Shown here one piece after another: positions 61,824 to 63,106 of a stretch of 63,106 nt of DNA (the stretch's first letter is position 1; each line of letters begins with the position of its first letter). Position numbers and translations under genes: made by a program. The stretch is from the NCBI RefSeq assembly GCF_001194135.2, contig NC_068994.1, positions 46,273,043-46,336,148 on the forward strand. The letters are read 5' to 3'. A model generated the notes under the pieces. That model saw only the letters and a program-made list of their open reading frames with translations. It ran no database searches and was not told where the DNA came from. Source of the DNA: Octopus bimaculoides (lineage: Eukaryota).

Positions 61824-62199
61824 GCGTGTGCGTGTGCGTGTGCGTGCGTGCGTGTTTTCTGTCTTTTCGCCATTAGCTATTATTTCTGTTGATATCAAAT
61901 ACCTAAGATGTACTCCGTTGTTTCCTTAGGTCTCCATACATATAAGGAAATGGGAAACTACCATCAACCGACATTACCGAAGGTGTTTAAAATCTAAAGA
62001 TGTTTAAAATCTAAAAGCCAACAAGCAAGAGGAGACAACTCCAATAAAATTAGATGATCGAAATCGCCTGCAGTTTTTTTTTAATCAAATCCAATCTAGT
62101 TAGAAATAGAAAAAAAAACAAAAAATTGAAAGTTTTCCTCAGGCAACACTGTCCTAAATTCTTTGGTGAACCTACTTTTTAATGTTGATTCAAACTGTA

Positions 62200-62580
62200 A
62201 TAAATATAATCTACTTTCCTTTACATCCAGCGTAAAATCTAAAATTGCGAAAGACTTCCTGATTCATATAAACAGACGCTACCCTCCTGACTATAAAAAT
62301 TTCTTGAGAAAGACACAACATTAACTCTTTGCTTGTCCTGTATATCACATGGGGTACACAATACACAATTCCCTGGCATAATTCCATGCAGCATATATGA
62401 TGCACATTCCCCCTTTTTTCAAATACTAGAGTCATTCGGGCCTTACGAAAGGAAAACATTATATTATTCGGGAAGTAGGAAAGAGAGGCTGTCTAAAAGC
62501 CTGAAAACATGGACGTTTAGGACAAACATATGGAAAGGCTTTCGATAAGCAAAGGGCTAAAATTGATTATCCTTGCCCAT
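62200..62580 (+). mobile_element. Decayed Penelope-like RT-linker/GIY-YIG fragment
   Basis: YN...SSVKSKIAKDFLIHINRRYPP resembles the PLE WYNPPFS.SV.TNIG..FL.LI..HFPP motif; later YYSG...KERL and IWK. Confidence 0.5.
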
Positions 62581-62924
62581 GAACATGGGAACAAAAACAA
62601 AGCCTAATATCGTTTACAACCACCCAACAGAATCGAAGGCATATATGCACACACAGGAACCCGTACACATATTCATTTGGCAAGCCCTGCAAGACACTTA
62701 GTTATGAGAGATGGGTCACCTGCATAGAAACACATAACTGTTACATGGAAGTCCATCGTATATATATATTAACGGCTGAAACGTAACAGACGTAAAAACA
62801 GGTACAAGAGTCGAAATGATCGACTAAACTGATAATGGTCGTGCTCCAGCATGACCACAGTGCTATGATGAAACCAGTAATAGAGTAGAATGAAAATGAA
62901 TATCATTCATATGTGTGTGTGTAT

Positions 62925-63066
62925 ATGGTTGCTTCCCAACCACGTAATTCTAGGTTCAGTCCCAACTGCTTGACACCAAGGGGAAGTGTCTTTTACTATA
63001 GACTCGGGCCGATCAAAGCCTTATCAGTGGATTTGGTAGGCGGAAACTGAAAGAATCCTGTCGTAA
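62925..63066 (+). mobile_element. SINE family A, 5' half
   Basis: ggttcagtccc..ttactatagactcgggccgatcaaagcc..ggaaactgaaagaa. Confidence 0.7.
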
Positions 63067-63106
63067 AAATATCTAAATTTGTGTGTGTGTGTGTGTGTGT
63101 GTGTGT

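Overview
Eukaryotic, AT-rich, microsatellite-saturated genomic DNA from a gapped draft assembly. The SINE families, (TTAGGG)n repeats and repeat load suggest an octopus (Octopus bimaculoides-like); this species call is inference. The only confidently identifiable protein-coding gene is a single-exon, 624-aa axonemal outer-arm dynein intermediate chain (DNAI1/IC78-like, 17344-19218, +). It is intronless and diverged at normally conserved motifs, so it is a probable retrogene. The rest is a dense retroelement and transposon landscape: at least four tRNA-headed SINE families with interchangeable heads and tails; 5'-truncated Tx1/L1, R4/NeSL-type (RLE), RTE and Penelope fragments; Tc1/mariner remnants and MITEs; a Helentron-type non-autonomous element; and several palindromic or telomere-repeat-containing elements. 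The most notable patterns are: (i) one SINE family carries the same ~43-nt 3' end as the Tx1-clade LINE in the window, a candidate SINE-LINE partnership in a clade not usually known for shared tails; (ii) several retroelements sit inside specific microsatellites, (TATC)n, (TAA)n and (CATA)n; (iii) fold-back elements are built around divergent telomeric repeats; (iv) there are several near-perfect hairpins and weak candidate exons or promoters of unidentified spliced genes. SINE family letters A-D are my working labels. No database searches could be run.
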